64,000 nt of DNA, taken from positions 288,001 to 352,000 of the forward strand of contig CBDAOB010000004.1 in NCBI GenBank assembly GCA_965197905.1, read 5' to 3'. A model generated the notes under the pieces. The model was not told the DNA's origin. It worked only from the letters and a program-made list of their open reading frames with translations, and searched no databases. Below, in pieces: positions 1 through 10,146 of the stretch (the first letter of the stretch is position 1; each line of letters begins with the position of its first letter). The translations under genes were made by a program, and so were the position numbers. The stretch comes from Candidatus Latescibacterota bacterium. Its GTDB lineage: Bacteria; Latescibacterota; UBA2968; UBA8231.

Positions 1-247
1 AATTGACCATGCGCCGCGCGCCGTTGGGCTCGTAGTTGTAGAAGGTCCACGACCCGTCCACTCCGTCTGAACGCACCCCGTCAGTAAGGACCCAGCCCAG
101 CTCCGGATCGTAGGTGGAGAGGGCGTTGTTGCACATGATGCCTCCCAGATCGATCGGCGCGGCAGCCGCAGCGGTTCGGGGGCGAATAAAGTGGTGGACC
201 ATTTCCCGCGTCGGCATGATCGATTGTAGGAAAGTCCTGGCTTCCAT
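1..247 (-). CDS. hypothetical protein, 5' part (runs off the left edge)
   Basis: Hand-translated from ATG at 247 with a GGAGG RBS upstream: MEARTFLQSIMPTREMVHHFIRPR...YDPELGWVLTDGVRSDGVDGSWTFYNYEPNGARRMVN, open to the window edge. Not in the ORF track. Confidence 0.65.
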   Translation of the reverse strand, partial: MEARTFLQSIMPTREMVHHFIRPRTAAAAAPIDLGGIMCNNALSTYDPELGWVLTDGVRSDGVDGSWTFYNYEPNGARRMVN

Positions 248-298
248 AAAACCTCCGTAGCATCTTTCTCCGTACTACCATAAGCCTACGATCATTCG

Positions 299-1696
299 AT
301 GACGCCACAACAAACGAACCCTGCCGCGAGAATGACCCTGGAGCTGCCGGCGTGGAGAACTGTGGCACCTGGTCTCCAGCAGGTTGCGGTTTCTCTTCTC
401 GATCTGGGGGGCGGACCCGTCTCTGACGCAACCGTTTTCGCAACGGGCGACGTGGCTTGTCTGCCGTTCCAACTTCAGGAGGACAACAGCGGCAGCTACT
501 CTGGAACGATCCGGATCCCACCCGACGTTGACGGCATGCGCCGAACTATTCAGTTATCGGCCCGCCGCGAGGAGTTTCACGAGACGTTTGCAACCCTCAG
601 TTTTTTCATCGAGGACCCGACCTGGGTGGTGCGCAACGATCACGTGGAGCGGCAGCTTCTCGCGTGGGAGCGACAGTACCCAGATCTGTTAACTCTTGAG
701 TCGTTCGTCACCTTCGAAGGGTATCCCACCTACTCCGCACAGCTCACAAACGGCAACATCGACGACGACCGCAAGAAGAAGCTGCTCTTTGTGGAGTCCC
801 ATGGGCACGAACCGGCGGGAACGGCTGCCATCATGGAGTTGTTGCATCAGCTGCTAACCGGCTCTTCGCAGAGCGGAGAGCAATCCTCGCTTTCTGTTGA
901 GCGCATCTTCGATGAGCTGCTCTTGATATTCGTCCCCATCGGCAACGCCAGCGGCCGCGAACGGTGTCCCGTGCAGTACTGGGCCGATCAGTACGACGAC
1001 CACGCGGTCCATTGTTTTATCTACGGAAAGCTAGAAGGGGATCCCCAGCCGTGGACAAAGTCACCGTCGGTGCTCGACCGCAGGCAAGTCAAGCTCGATC
1101 CGACCTACCCGACGCCGTTGCGCTACGAGCAGATCGATGACGACAGGTTCGTGGAGCCGTTCTTCGCTATGTTGCCTCCGGTGCCGGGAGAGTTGCCGTT
1201 TCCCCCGTCGCGGTTCCATGAGCTGTTGTCGGAACCGGAGAAGGAACCGGGGTACCGATCCGCGTTGGGTTATTTCGTCAAGACTTTTCTCGACCGTTAC
1301 GAGTTCGCGACCGCGGTCGATCTGCACCAGATGACCAAACCCGGGGACTCGGCGATGGTGTTGGCGCGGGCGGAGGGCAGAGCGGGGTACGACCAAAGCA
1401 GTTTGCAGCGAACCCATCGGATCGCCTCCAGGATCGAAGCGGACTGGCTCGAGAACGGGTGGCAGGTGGGGGACGAGAACCGCCTGCGGCTGACGCTGGA
1501 TGACCAGTGGCCACTGAACATCACCGACTTCATTCATCTCTATGGAAAGGGGAATCCAGCCAGCTTCATGGTCGAGGTGACCAAGGGACCGGGCACAACA
1601 AAGCAGATGCAGAAGGCGCTGTCGCTCAGCGCCATAACCAGCACCATCAACTATTCGCTGGATCATGCGACTTCGAGTGTCGGTGGATCTCTGTAG
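299..1696 (+). CDS. M14 zinc carboxypeptidase-family protein with N-terminal extension
   Basis: 465 aa. HxxE zinc motif (ESHGHEPAG), NASGR and a later DLH third ligand. Confidence 0.7.
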   Translation: MTPQQTNPAARMTLELPAWRTVAPGLQQVAVSLLDLGGGPVSDATVFATGDVACLPFQLQEDNSGSYSGTIRIPPDVDGMRRTIQLSARREEFHETFATLSFFIEDPTWVVRNDHVERQLLAWERQYPDLLTLESFVTFEGYPTYSAQLTNGNIDDDRKKKLLFVESHGHEPAGTAAIMELLHQLLTGSSQSGEQSSLSVERIFDELLLIFVPIGNASGRERCPVQYWADQYDDHAVHCFIYGKLEGDPQPWTKSPSVLDRRQVKLDPTYPTPLRYEQIDDDRFVEPFFAMLPPVPGELPFPPSRFHELLSEPEKEPGYRSALGYFVKTFLDRYEFATAVDLHQMTKPGDSAMVLARAEGRAGYDQSSLQRTHRIASRIEADWLENGWQVGDENRLRLTLDDQWPLNITDFIHLYGKGNPASFMVEVTKGPGTTKQMQKALSLSAITSTINYSLDHATSSVGGSL

Positions 1697-1841
1697 CAAT
1701 CGAATGCTGTACGACGAAGGCACAGGGTCTCCCCGTTGTTCAGTCGATGGCCGAATTGCGGCCAGGCGAACGGCAAAGGCATATCATCGACGAGGTTGCA
1801 TGGCCCAGGCGAGACCCTTTTCATCAGGCAGGAGTAATAAT

Positions 1842-2681
1842 ATGGGAACCGCACCACCCGCATCCGCGGTAGGCCGCTACGAGGGCCGCTTCGAAAGGAT
1901 CGAAACTCCGGCCCTGAACACGGCCGTGCCAGCCGATGATCGACTCATCGCGTGGGAGTCGCAGCTTTACGACATCGGATACGCGGTCATCCCCGACGCG
2001 TTGCCGGAGCCGGCGGTCGAGCATTTTCGCGAGCGCCTCATCTCGTTCGAACCCTCCGCCGGCTATTTCTCATCCTCTCTGGTTCGTCTGTTCGAGAAGG
2101 GCATGGACTTCGTTGACCTGCTGCTGAACCAGCCAGTCTTCTCGCTCATGCAGCGCATCCTGGGAGAACGCATGCACATCATCAGCATGCAGGGGCACCG
2201 GACCTTCGCGGGCAACGAGCTGTCGGGCTTTCACTCCGACGAAATCTACGTCCAGCGGCCCGACGACGTCGGCGATGAGGTCGAATACCCATCTGTCGTC
2301 AATGCGATCAACTGCCATTACTACCTGGTGGATGTGCCGGAGGAATTGGGGCCGACGCAGGTGGTGCCCGGCAGCCATCGCGCCTGCCGGGTGCCGCGCC
2401 CCGATGACGGCGATCCGCCACAGTGGCAGGGGCAGGGTCCGGTGTCCCTGACCTGCAACGCGGGCGATTGCGTCATGTACAGCAACCAGGCTTGGCATCA
2501 AGGGGCACGCAACCGGACCGACCGCCTGCGGCTGTCGGTCATGCCCACTTACGCCCGTCGCTTCGTGGCACAGCGCTTCTGGCCGTTCCTCAACTACACG
2601 CTGTCGCGGGACATCCTGGATCACTGCTCGCCGCACCAACGCGAGCTATTGGGCGAGCATCCGCGGGCGACGTACGGGTGA
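1842..2681 (+). CDS. phytanoyl-CoA dioxygenase (PhyH) family Fe(II)/2OG dioxygenase
   Basis: GYAVIPDAL, FHSD, GPTQVVPGSH, WHQG. Start moved to ATG 1842 (AGGAG RBS). Confidence 0.88.
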   Translation: MGTAPPASAVGRYEGRFERIETPALNTAVPADDRLIAWESQLYDIGYAVIPDALPEPAVEHFRERLISFEPSAGYFSSSLVRLFEKGMDFVDLLLNQPVFSLMQRILGERMHIISMQGHRTFAGNELSGFHSDEIYVQRPDDVGDEVEYPSVVNAINCHYYLVDVPEELGPTQVVPGSHRACRVPRPDDGDPPQWQGQGPVSLTCNAGDCVMYSNQAWHQGARNRTDRLRLSVMPTYARRFVAQRFWPFLNYTLSRDILDHCSPHQRELLGEHPRATYG

Positions 2682-2921
2682 GGAAGGTACAGCGTCTGCT
2701 ATCGCCTCGAAGTCGTGTCGCTCGTTGTAATTACTCCATGCCGTCAAATGCCGGTTTTGGATGGGGTCGGGCGCGCGCGATCGGCGGCGCGAGAGGGCAA
2801 GCCGATGCTGTGAAGACAGTTTTGGATCGCAATGCGTGCCGGTGAGCGGCAATGTCTCTTCGCTAGGGTGTTGGCAGCAAAGCTGCGGCACTGCACATCT
2901 GTTTAAGAAAGCTGTCCTATT

Positions 2922-5414
2922 GTGATTTCACTTGATTCATGGGCGACTCGATGCCGCGGGTCGTGGCTGCTCGAAGGTCGAAACTGGAGCGTTGTATTGC
3001 TGCTTTCTGTGCTCTCTGCTTTCCTCTTTGCTTTCCAGTTTGTCACAGTAGCCAAGTTTTCGGTACTGCCTGCCGGCGCCAGTCACATCACCTTTGGCAA
3101 CTTCATACACGCCGTTCAAGAGAGCGTGCAATTCGACGGATTCGATGCGCTGCTCGTTGCATGTATGGCGACTATCGGTGCGCTGCTGCTTTATTTGGAA
3201 GCCCGCTACGAACTCGTTACCTCGTTCCTTCGGACAGTATTCGTCAGCGACAGTCGAACGGTAGTGTTATTGATCGCTGCCTCATTTGTTCTCGTGCGTT
3301 ATTACCTGGCGGTGGGCAACTTCAATTGGGCGGGAGATGTCAAACAACATATTGCCACCGCCTATATGGCCTCCAGGGCCATTGCCAGCGGTGAATTCCC
3401 AATTTGGACCTTCTACATTGGCAACGGCTCTGCGTATCTACAACACTACGGATTCCTTTACCCTTGTCTTGTCGGATTCACCAATCTCTTGGTTGGGGAC
3501 TTCTTCATTTCGATGAAGATAGTCCTCGTCATGGGGCATCTTCTTTCCGGTGTAGGGATGTACTACTTCGTCGCCCGTCTCTGTTCTTCTCGGCGGGCTG
3601 GTTTCATCGCCGGAATCGGCTACGTCATCTGCTTTTGGCACGTTCAACAGGTCTTGATAATGGGACGCACGCCCTTAGGGCTCTTTTACGGACTGCTTCC
3701 CTGGGCATTCTATGCCTTCGAACAATCCATGCGTGCCGACCGCCGGGTCCGGGGAGCACTTTGTGGTGGCATAAGCGTCGCACTCCTATGCTTTACCCAC
3801 CCCGCGTATGGATTCTACGCTTGCGTTCTTCTTCTCCTCTACGCAATCATCCGGCTGTGGACACTGCGCACAGAGCCGGCGTTCAAAGGAATGATTGGCG
3901 CCAGTTTCCTGTACATGCTCTGCGCCCTCTCGTTCAGTGCCTACATCAACGTAGGAATGCTGGTCGAAAGTAGCTTGACCAACATGAGCGGGTTCGAATT
4001 CGGGTTGCAGGATCCAGACGACCCGAACAGAGTGCTACCTGGCCCCACCTGGCGCCACGTCTTGGGCTGGTCCAACTTTAGATTTTGGCTGCTGCCGCTC
4101 GAAGAACGCCATTGGTACGGTGGGTATCTCGGTCTATCCCTGATCGCTTTGGGCTTCGGGGGAGGAGCCGGACTCTGTTTCCATCGGGATCGCGCCCCAT
4201 TGAGGCGATATCTACCTGGTTTCTGCATGCTGCTTTTGGTTACAGCTGTAATCGTCGCTTACGATTTGCCGCCCCTGAACTCTATACGCTTGATCCACGT
4301 TTTTAACCCTTCTCGATATCTTCTGTTTGTTACCTTTTTCATCTCACTGGCTGCAGGAGTCGGTACCCACCTCGCCCTACTCAGTAGACCGCGATGGATT
4401 AGCAGGAGCCGGTGTTTTACAGTTCTACTTTTCGTACTTCTGTTGGACTTGGGACCCACAACCTTCCAACAACCGTTTGTGACCGACAGAGAGCTGTTTT
4501 TTCCTCAGCTGAGTCCGGTAGATGAGCAGACCGACGACGCATCAAACGTTCCAAATTTCAGGGCACAATGGGCAACGGATGGCGGGCATTCGGCCTTCAC
4601 GATCGCCCGCATGATAGTGGACAAGGGCGCAACGGTGTCGGAAGTGTATCACCCCGGCGAGTTGCCTGCCTCCGAAGTGTTTACCGATCCGATCATGCAC
4701 GCGGTCCGTTCGGTCTTGAGGGAGTCCCAGACTGCCGAGGGATTTGCAGGTCATCCGGTTCGGGACTTGCTTTTGCGTGGGTTTCGTCTTCTCAACACTC
4801 GCTTTGTCCTGGCGACAACCCGTACAGTTACCTGGGGTTTCGTGGTGGAGATCGATCACAGCAGCCCGGTTGTTGCATCGCCTCGAATTGTGCCGTTTGC
4901 GGCTGAGCCGGTCACCGCGAGCGACATACAAAGCGAGCTGGGCGAAGTACTGGAGCTTGGAAAGCTATATCCTATCAAGCAGCATCAAGTCAAGAATGGT
5001 CTCCGCATGGTCCATGCCATGGGGTTGGCACCAAGAAGGAACTACTGCGAACGCCTTCTGATCAGCCCTGACGGAGAAGCTCAAGATCTGGGGACGACAC
5101 CAGATGTTGAAGTACTCGAACACACGGTTGGGCATCACGACGTCCGGTTGAACGTTCGCATGATAGAGGCTGGTTTCGTACGCCTGGCGTACGCCTACTA
5201 TCCGTTCCTGGACGTTTCGGTCGACGGATCAGCTGTTGTGCCTATAGAAACTGCCGATCGATTCATCGCGCTCAAACTGGACGCGGGCGCACATGCCATA
5301 TCGATAGAGGCACGATTGTCTCCGCTGCGCAGGGCGCTTCTCTGGATAGCCTTTGGCGTGCTGTTGGTGGTGGGCACTTTAGCGATGCGAGAGCCGTTCA
5401 GTCGGGTACGATAG
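2922..5414 (+). CDS. polytopic membrane protein, YfhO-like / GT-C-fold glycosyltransferase-related
   Basis: 830 aa with many TM helices, GEFPIWTFYIGNG motif, and C-terminal YAYYPFLDVSVDG...GAHAI followed by a final TM helix, as in YfhO-like proteins. Confidence 0.55.
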   Translation: MISLDSWATRCRGSWLLEGRNWSVVLLLSVLSAFLFAFQFVTVAKFSVLPAGASHITFGNFIHAVQESVQFDGFDALLVACMATIGALLLYLEARYELVTSFLRTVFVSDSRTVVLLIAASFVLVRYYLAVGNFNWAGDVKQHIATAYMASRAIASGEFPIWTFYIGNGSAYLQHYGFLYPCLVGFTNLLVGDFFISMKIVLVMGHLLSGVGMYYFVARLCSSRRAGFIAGIGYVICFWHVQQVLIMGRTPLGLFYGLLPWAFYAFEQSMRADRRVRGALCGGISVALLCFTHPAYGFYACVLLLLYAIIRLWTLRTEPAFKGMIGASFLYMLCALSFSAYINVGMLVESSLTNMSGFEFGLQDPDDPNRVLPGPTWRHVLGWSNFRFWLLPLEERHWYGGYLGLSLIALGFGGGAGLCFHRDRAPLRRYLPGFCMLLLVTAVIVAYDLPPLNSIRLIHVFNPSRYLLFVTFFISLAAGVGTHLALLSRPRWISRSRCFTVLLFVLLLDLGPTTFQQPFVTDRELFFPQLSPVDEQTDDASNVPNFRAQWATDGGHSAFTIARMIVDKGATVSEVYHPGELPASEVFTDPIMHAVRSVLRESQTAEGFAGHPVRDLLLRGFRLLNTRFVLATTRTVTWGFVVEIDHSSPVVASPRIVPFAAEPVTASDIQSELGEVLELGKLYPIKQHQVKNGLRMVHAMGLAPRRNYCERLLISPDGEAQDLGTTPDVEVLEHTVGHHDVRLNVRMIEAGFVRLAYAYYPFLDVSVDGSAVVPIETADRFIALKLDAGAHAISIEARLSPLRRALLWIAFGVLLVVGTLAMREPFSRVR

Positions 5415-5578
5415 AAGGTCCGGCGCGGAAGGAGTCCTGAGGGTCGACGAGGCGACGCCCGGGCGGTTCGGGTGGCCAGCAGGGGCTCTTCTTCCCGGAG
5501 GGATCGGTCGCGCCTTCTGCGCCGCAGCGGCCGTTGAGGTAGTCCCGGCGCCGTTACCGTTGCGCAGCTGCGACGATC

Positions 5579-6250
5579 TCACTCGGCTCGGAAATAGGTC
5601 CGAATCATGCGAAAGGAGAAGTGAGAAACGTTCCCGCTCCCGCCGCGAATAATGACCGTCGCGGTCGGCTCGATCTCGAAGCGGGCAGAAGTTTCGTAGG
5701 TCACCGGCTCGAAGTCATCCACATAGGTCATCTGGTCGCCGCCGAAGGTCGCAATATTGCGACTCTGATGCTGGCAGTGCAATCCCTTGATGATCTGCTG
5801 TCTCAGATTCTGCATATTCCACCCCTCCTGCCCGTGCCGCCGGGGCTCTTTGTCGGTCAATCCGGGTTGGGGGTATTCGCAGATGAGATAGGCATCGGTC
5901 TTGCAGGCTGATCCCAACACCGATACCGCAACGATGGGCATTTCCTCGGTGATGGCGATGTATCCCTTGCTGCGCTCTATCTCGAGCCCGTGTCTGTGCG
6001 GCGCACCTTTATTTTTCAGCTTCCGCCACGCGGCGTCCCGCGTGCCGTCGTTCCAACAAGCATCGATTTCGATGTTGCCGTAGTCGTCGAAGGGCGACCA
6101 GTACTCCTTCATCGCCACACCGGTCATTGTGGCCACCTGACGTCTCGTGGTTCCCACCTCGTCTGGATCCCTGTCCTCACCCCAGTCGTCCGAGAAACCC
6201 ATGAATGGGCTGAGCTTATTGGCTTCCTTCCACAACGTTTCTTCCGACAT
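5579..6250 (-). CDS. hypothetical protein
   Basis: ATG 6250 with AGGAG RBS. Last gene of a minus-strand four-gene run. No motif recognised. Confidence 0.7.
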   Translation of the reverse strand: MSEETLWKEANKLSPFMGFSDDWGEDRDPDEVGTTRRQVATMTGVAMKEYWSPFDDYGNIEIDACWNDGTRDAAWRKLKNKGAPHRHGLEIERSKGYIAITEEMPIVAVSVLGSACKTDAYLICEYPQPGLTDKEPRRHGQEGWNMQNLRQQIIKGLHCQHQSRNIATFGGDQMTYVDDFEPVTYETSARFEIEPTATVIIRGGSGNVSHFSFRMIRTYFRAE

Positions 6251-6264
6251 GAGCCTAACTCCTT

Positions 6265-7050
6265 TCAGGTGAGTGCCCGTACTTCGTCCGACCAATCCTC
6301 CCACATATCCTCGGCGGGTGGGGAATCCATGTTTTCCTCTATATCGTCCCGGCAGAAATCGTAAAACACTGCCTGGCGGATCTGTCGCGTGCGGTTGTAG
6401 GCGCCGGCGTGGGCTAAGCGGTGATGCCAGAAGATGATATCGCCGGCTTCGCCGTGGAAATCGACATAGGCTTGCTGGTTGAAATAGTCGTAATCCTTTC
6501 TGGCGCGCTCGGTCTCCTCCGCGCCGTAGCGCGAGTTGAAGTCGTAATAGAATCGAAGGTGGCTGCCCGGCCAGACCTTCAGTCCGCCCCCATCCGGTGG
6601 AACTTTGTCTATGTAGCCGACCACGCCCACGTGGAACGGGTGACCGTCGCAGTGACAGGTGGGGGCGACCGCCGATTTGTCGCCTTCGGGAAAATTGCAG
6701 TAGATCCCGCGAACGCGCTCCGGTCGTTTCACCCTTCTGGTCCCCAAAAACTGCTCCGCCATCGCCCAGATCTTAGGGTCAGTGGCCAGCAGGCGAATCA
6801 TCCAGTCCTCATCACCCCGGTCCCGGTACTTCCATGTGTAACCTCCCATAGAGCTGGGGGGCTCGTCTCTATCCGGCAGTGGACCGATCCAGGTGTCAGG
6901 GTCGTTCCGATCGAGCTCGGGTGGAGCCGCTTCCCACAAGGAATCGCGAGCTTGAGCCATCAGCTCCGGATTCAGGATTCCCCGCTTGACGAGGTAGCCT
7001 TCCCGCTTGAAGATGCGAATATCCTCTGTCGAAAGTTTGCTCAACCGCAA
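6265..7050 (-). CDS. PhyH family dioxygenase
   Basis: FKREGYLV, CHCD, GGLKVWPGSH, GDIIFWHHRLAHAG. Confidence 0.88.
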   Translation of the reverse strand: MRLSKLSTEDIRIFKREGYLVKRGILNPELMAQARDSLWEAAPPELDRNDPDTWIGPLPDRDEPPSSMGGYTWKYRDRGDEDWMIRLLATDPKIWAMAEQFLGTRRVKRPERVRGIYCNFPEGDKSAVAPTCHCDGHPFHVGVVGYIDKVPPDGGGLKVWPGSHLRFYYDFNSRYGAEETERARKDYDYFNQQAYVDFHGEAGDIIFWHHRLAHAGAYNRTRQIRQAVFYDFCRDDIEENMDSPPAEDMWEDWSDEVRALT

Positions 7051-7114
7051 TCCTCAGTGCGCGCGCCTCTGTTTTGCGGGCACGCGTTGTTGTCGCGACT
7101 GCCGCCCGCTGCGA

Positions 7115-8134
7115 TCAACATTCGATGGAGACGGGTGCTTTCCTGGCTGCGCTTTCAATGGCGCCGAAGACCATCGCCAGGCTCTTGATGTTATCGCTGC
7201 CGACGGTTTCCGGTGTTTCGCCGTCGCGGATGCAGCGCACGAAGTCGCGGATGAGGCCCTCATGGCCGCCCTGCTTATCCGTCGCCTTCGCTTCCCCGAT
7301 TACCATCTCGCGATACTCGTTACGAACATCTCCAGATTGACCATCGAATCCGTCAGCGCCGTCCCATGAGATGCTACCATGGTCGCCGATCACACGCCAA
7401 TCGCATTCCCAGGTCGTTTCCAACCCTTCCGAGCACCAGCTGCCGCGGTAGGTGTAGACGATCCCGTTTTCCATTTCGAAGATGGCCACGGCCGAGGCAT
7501 CGCGCTCGAACCAAGAACCTGGCGGATTCCACTCTTTGCAATAAACCGACACCGGATCGGCACCGAGGATCAGGCGGGCTGCATCAAAGGTGTGGATCGC
7601 CATATCGAGCAGGAGGACATGAGGCATGATATCTCGGAAGCCGCCGAAGTGGACTCCCTTGTAGAAGTCACTGTTGAGAGTCGTGATCGAACCGATTTCG
7701 CCAGATTCGATGGTGCGCCTGAGCCGACGGATGTTGGCGTCGAAGCGGCGATTTTGCATCACCGCATATTCCTTGCCCGCTTCTTCTGCCGCCGCCACCA
7801 CCCGACGGGCACTCTCCATGGAAATGGCCAGCGGTTTCTCGCCCAAAACGTGACAGCCATTGGAAAGCCCCGCCAGGGTGACCTCGGCGTGGGTCTCCGG
7901 AATGGTGCAGTCGAACAGTACGTCAGGTCTGGTGTTCTCCAGGGTCTTGGAGAGATCGGTGCTTATCTCCAACCGATCCATCTCGCCGTAATCAGCGGCC
8001 CTGGTCTTGGCGGCATCCAGGTCGATGTCCACGAATCCGACCAGCTCGAAGTCGGGAATCTTACGGGCAAAACGAACCCAGGTAAGACTCATGCCGCCGC
8101 AGCCGACAAAAACGCCGCGAAGCTTCTCGCTCAC
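7115..8134 (-). CDS. Gfo/Idh/MocA family oxidoreductase
   Basis: VGCGGM Rossmann motif, EKP motif, LLDMAIHTFD. Confidence 0.92.
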   Translation of the reverse strand: MSEKLRGVFVGCGGMSLTWVRFARKIPDFELVGFVDIDLDAAKTRAADYGEMDRLEISTDLSKTLENTRPDVLFDCTIPETHAEVTLAGLSNGCHVLGEKPLAISMESARRVVAAAEEAGKEYAVMQNRRFDANIRRLRRTIESGEIGSITTLNSDFYKGVHFGGFRDIMPHVLLLDMAIHTFDAARLILGADPVSVYCKEWNPPGSWFERDASAVAIFEMENGIVYTYRGSWCSEGLETTWECDWRVIGDHGSISWDGADGFDGQSGDVRNEYREMVIGEAKATDKQGGHEGLIRDFVRCIRDGETPETVGSDNIKSLAMVFGAIESAARKAPVSIEC

Positions 8135-8137
8135 GCT

Positions 8138-8863
8138 CTAGCTTCCAAGCGGGCGAGCCTCCAGCTCAGAGCGGGGAAAGAAATGGGTGATGAGCCCGCG
8201 ACGCGGATCGTCGGTGCGATTGCCCCCCGCGTAATGGTAGGTGCGGCAGTGGTGGAAGGTGGCGTCGCCCGGCTCGAGGGTCACGGTGAAGGCGGAGTTC
8301 AGGTCGACACCGGCAATCTCCAGCGCGCTCCCAACTTCAGAACGGGCGCTCGCATCTTCGTGAACGGCTATCTCTCCCAGGTGGCTTCCGGGCACAAAAC
8401 TGACCGCACCGTTTTCCGGAAATGCGGGACTCAGTGCCAACCAGCACGTTATGGCCCGAGTGTTGGCGATCTCCCGCCGGCGCCAGTAGCCGGCATCCTG
8501 GTGCCACTGGGTCTCGGCGGCGTGGCGAGGCGGTTTCATGATGAGCTGATCGTAGGCGAAGGCGATATCATCCCCTTCCAGCTGACGAGCAACCGAAAGA
8601 ATCTTCTCGGCGTACTCGTGCTCACGCCAGTGGGGTATGTGGCTGGAGGGTCCGCCCAGCTGAACCAGCTTGCTCTTGTCCGGTTTGCGCCCTTTTTCTT
8701 CGGTGTAGCCGTATTCGCCATCCACCGCTTTGTCGTAATCCAGCATCAATTCATCCACCTGATCGGGTGACAAGACCTGGGGTACAATGACGAAGCCGTC
8801 TTCGCGGTATTGATCCAGAAGCTCGGGAGGAAGTGATAGGGTATCGTTTCCGACTTCTACGAT
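8138..8863 (-). CDS. PhyH family dioxygenase (probable non-canonical ATC start)
   Basis: WHQD, VSFVPGSH, HCRTYHYAGGN. The typical N-terminus LDQYREDGFVIVPQVL lies upstream of the track start (8773) in the same frame. Confidence 0.85.
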   Translation of the reverse strand: MVEVGNDTLSLPPELLDQYREDGFVIVPQVLSPDQVDELMLDYDKAVDGEYGYTEEKGRKPDKSKLVQLGGPSSHIPHWREHEYAEKILSVARQLEGDDIAFAYDQLIMKPPRHAAETQWHQDAGYWRRREIANTRAITCWLALSPAFPENGAVSFVPGSHLGEIAVHEDASARSEVGSALEIAGVDLNSAFTVTLEPGDATFHHCRTYHYAGGNRTDDPRRGLITHFFPRSELEARPLGS

Positions 8864-9160
8864 GGTGTGTACTCCTTTCTGTGCGTCAACCGTCGCCCCT
8901 TGTTGAGTGAAACCGACGCGGACCTATAATTAAGCCGATCCCAATTCCTCAGCAACACGCACATCGTTTGTCGGGCGCGGCTACACGGCGAACGTGTCGC
9001 CCACACCCCATGAGATCGCCGAGCAAATGCCCAACTACAAAGCAAAGGATGCCACCCAGGGCACACATGGTAGAGGGCGTCTATCGATCACATCTTTCCG
9101 GCGGCATCCGCGTCAAGATTCCCCTGGAAGATCGGAGCCACCCCCTGGAATGAGCGGGAT

Positions 9161-10093
9161 GTGACCGAAAACGCGCTTAAGGGAAGGGAGAGCGGGCGCA
9201 AAGGGCTGGGTTGGGTGCTGGTTACGTTCACCATTCTGAGCTGGGGATCACTTGTCGTCCTGCTCAAGCTGCTCGTCCCTGAGATCGATCCACGTACCCT
9301 CACCTGGTACCGCTTCGCTTTCGGGGCGATCCTCATTCTCGCCTTCAGCGGCGGCAACGGGATTCGCGACCTTACCCGCGGTTTCAACCGGCGAAGGATG
9401 GCGCTAGTCGTAATTGCTGGATCGGGACTTGCAGGGAACTACGTCCTCTTTCTGAGCGGGTTGTACTACCTGACCCCCGGCGTTGCGTTGATCGTCATGC
9501 AGGTCGTGCCCTACATGATGCTGGCCGGGGGGGTATTGATCTTTGGCGAGGCTTTTGCCAGACGACAGTGGATCGGTGTCCTGCTCCTGCTCGCCGGCTC
9601 GATCTTCTTCTTCAATCAACGCTATGAAGAGCTGCAGTCGCTCTCCTCCGGTTACACCAGGGGCGTCGTGCTGGTGCTTGCGAGTGCGGCCGGGTGGACA
9701 GCTTATCTGCTTATCCAGCGACGATTGATCCGCGAGCTCAATGCGAGCACGATCATACTGGGTTGTTACATCGTCGGCATCCTGGCTTTGCTTCCGTTTG
9801 CCTCACATGGCCAGGTCACGGCGCTCAATGGCGGGATGTTGTTGCTGTTTGGCTTCGCAATCCTGCTGACTGCGATCTCCCATGTGGCCTTCAGCGCCTC
9901 GCTGCGTTACATCGATGCGTCAAAGGCGGGCCTTGCCCTGGGAAACGTTCCGATTGTCGCCTTGATCGGCACGGCGATACTCAGTCCCTGGTTGGACCGG
10001 CTCGAGCCGGACGGTCTCAATCCCGCCGCGATCCTGGGAGCGCTTATGATCGTCGGAGGGACTGCCTTCGCCGCACACATCAGGCACCCTTGA
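9161..10093 (+). CDS. EamA/DMT family transporter
   Basis: 310 aa, about 10 TM helices in two repeats, WYRF motif, IFGEAF...QWIG. Confidence 0.9.
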   Translation: MTENALKGRESGRKGLGWVLVTFTILSWGSLVVLLKLLVPEIDPRTLTWYRFAFGAILILAFSGGNGIRDLTRGFNRRRMALVVIAGSGLAGNYVLFLSGLYYLTPGVALIVMQVVPYMMLAGGVLIFGEAFARRQWIGVLLLLAGSIFFFNQRYEELQSLSSGYTRGVVLVLASAAGWTAYLLIQRRLIRELNASTIILGCYIVGILALLPFASHGQVTALNGGMLLLFGFAILLTAISHVAFSASLRYIDASKAGLALGNVPIVALIGTAILSPWLDRLEPDGLNPAAILGALMIVGGTAFAAHIRHP

Positions 10094-10146
10094 CACCCGA
10101 AAAGAATCGCGCTTAATCCAAGTGATTCTTCAACTCAGACCAGGAG

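Noticed and set aside
2871..2887. Possible sigma54 promoter TTGGCAGCAAAGCTGCG
   Set aside because: GG-N10-GC spacing is correct, but the -12 element is poor and no enhancer or IHF context was seen.
7379..8770. Long antisense ORFs (e.g. 7379-8770, 16758-17783, 46129-47613)
   Set aside because: Shadow frames of well-supported opposite-strand genes in GC-rich DNA.
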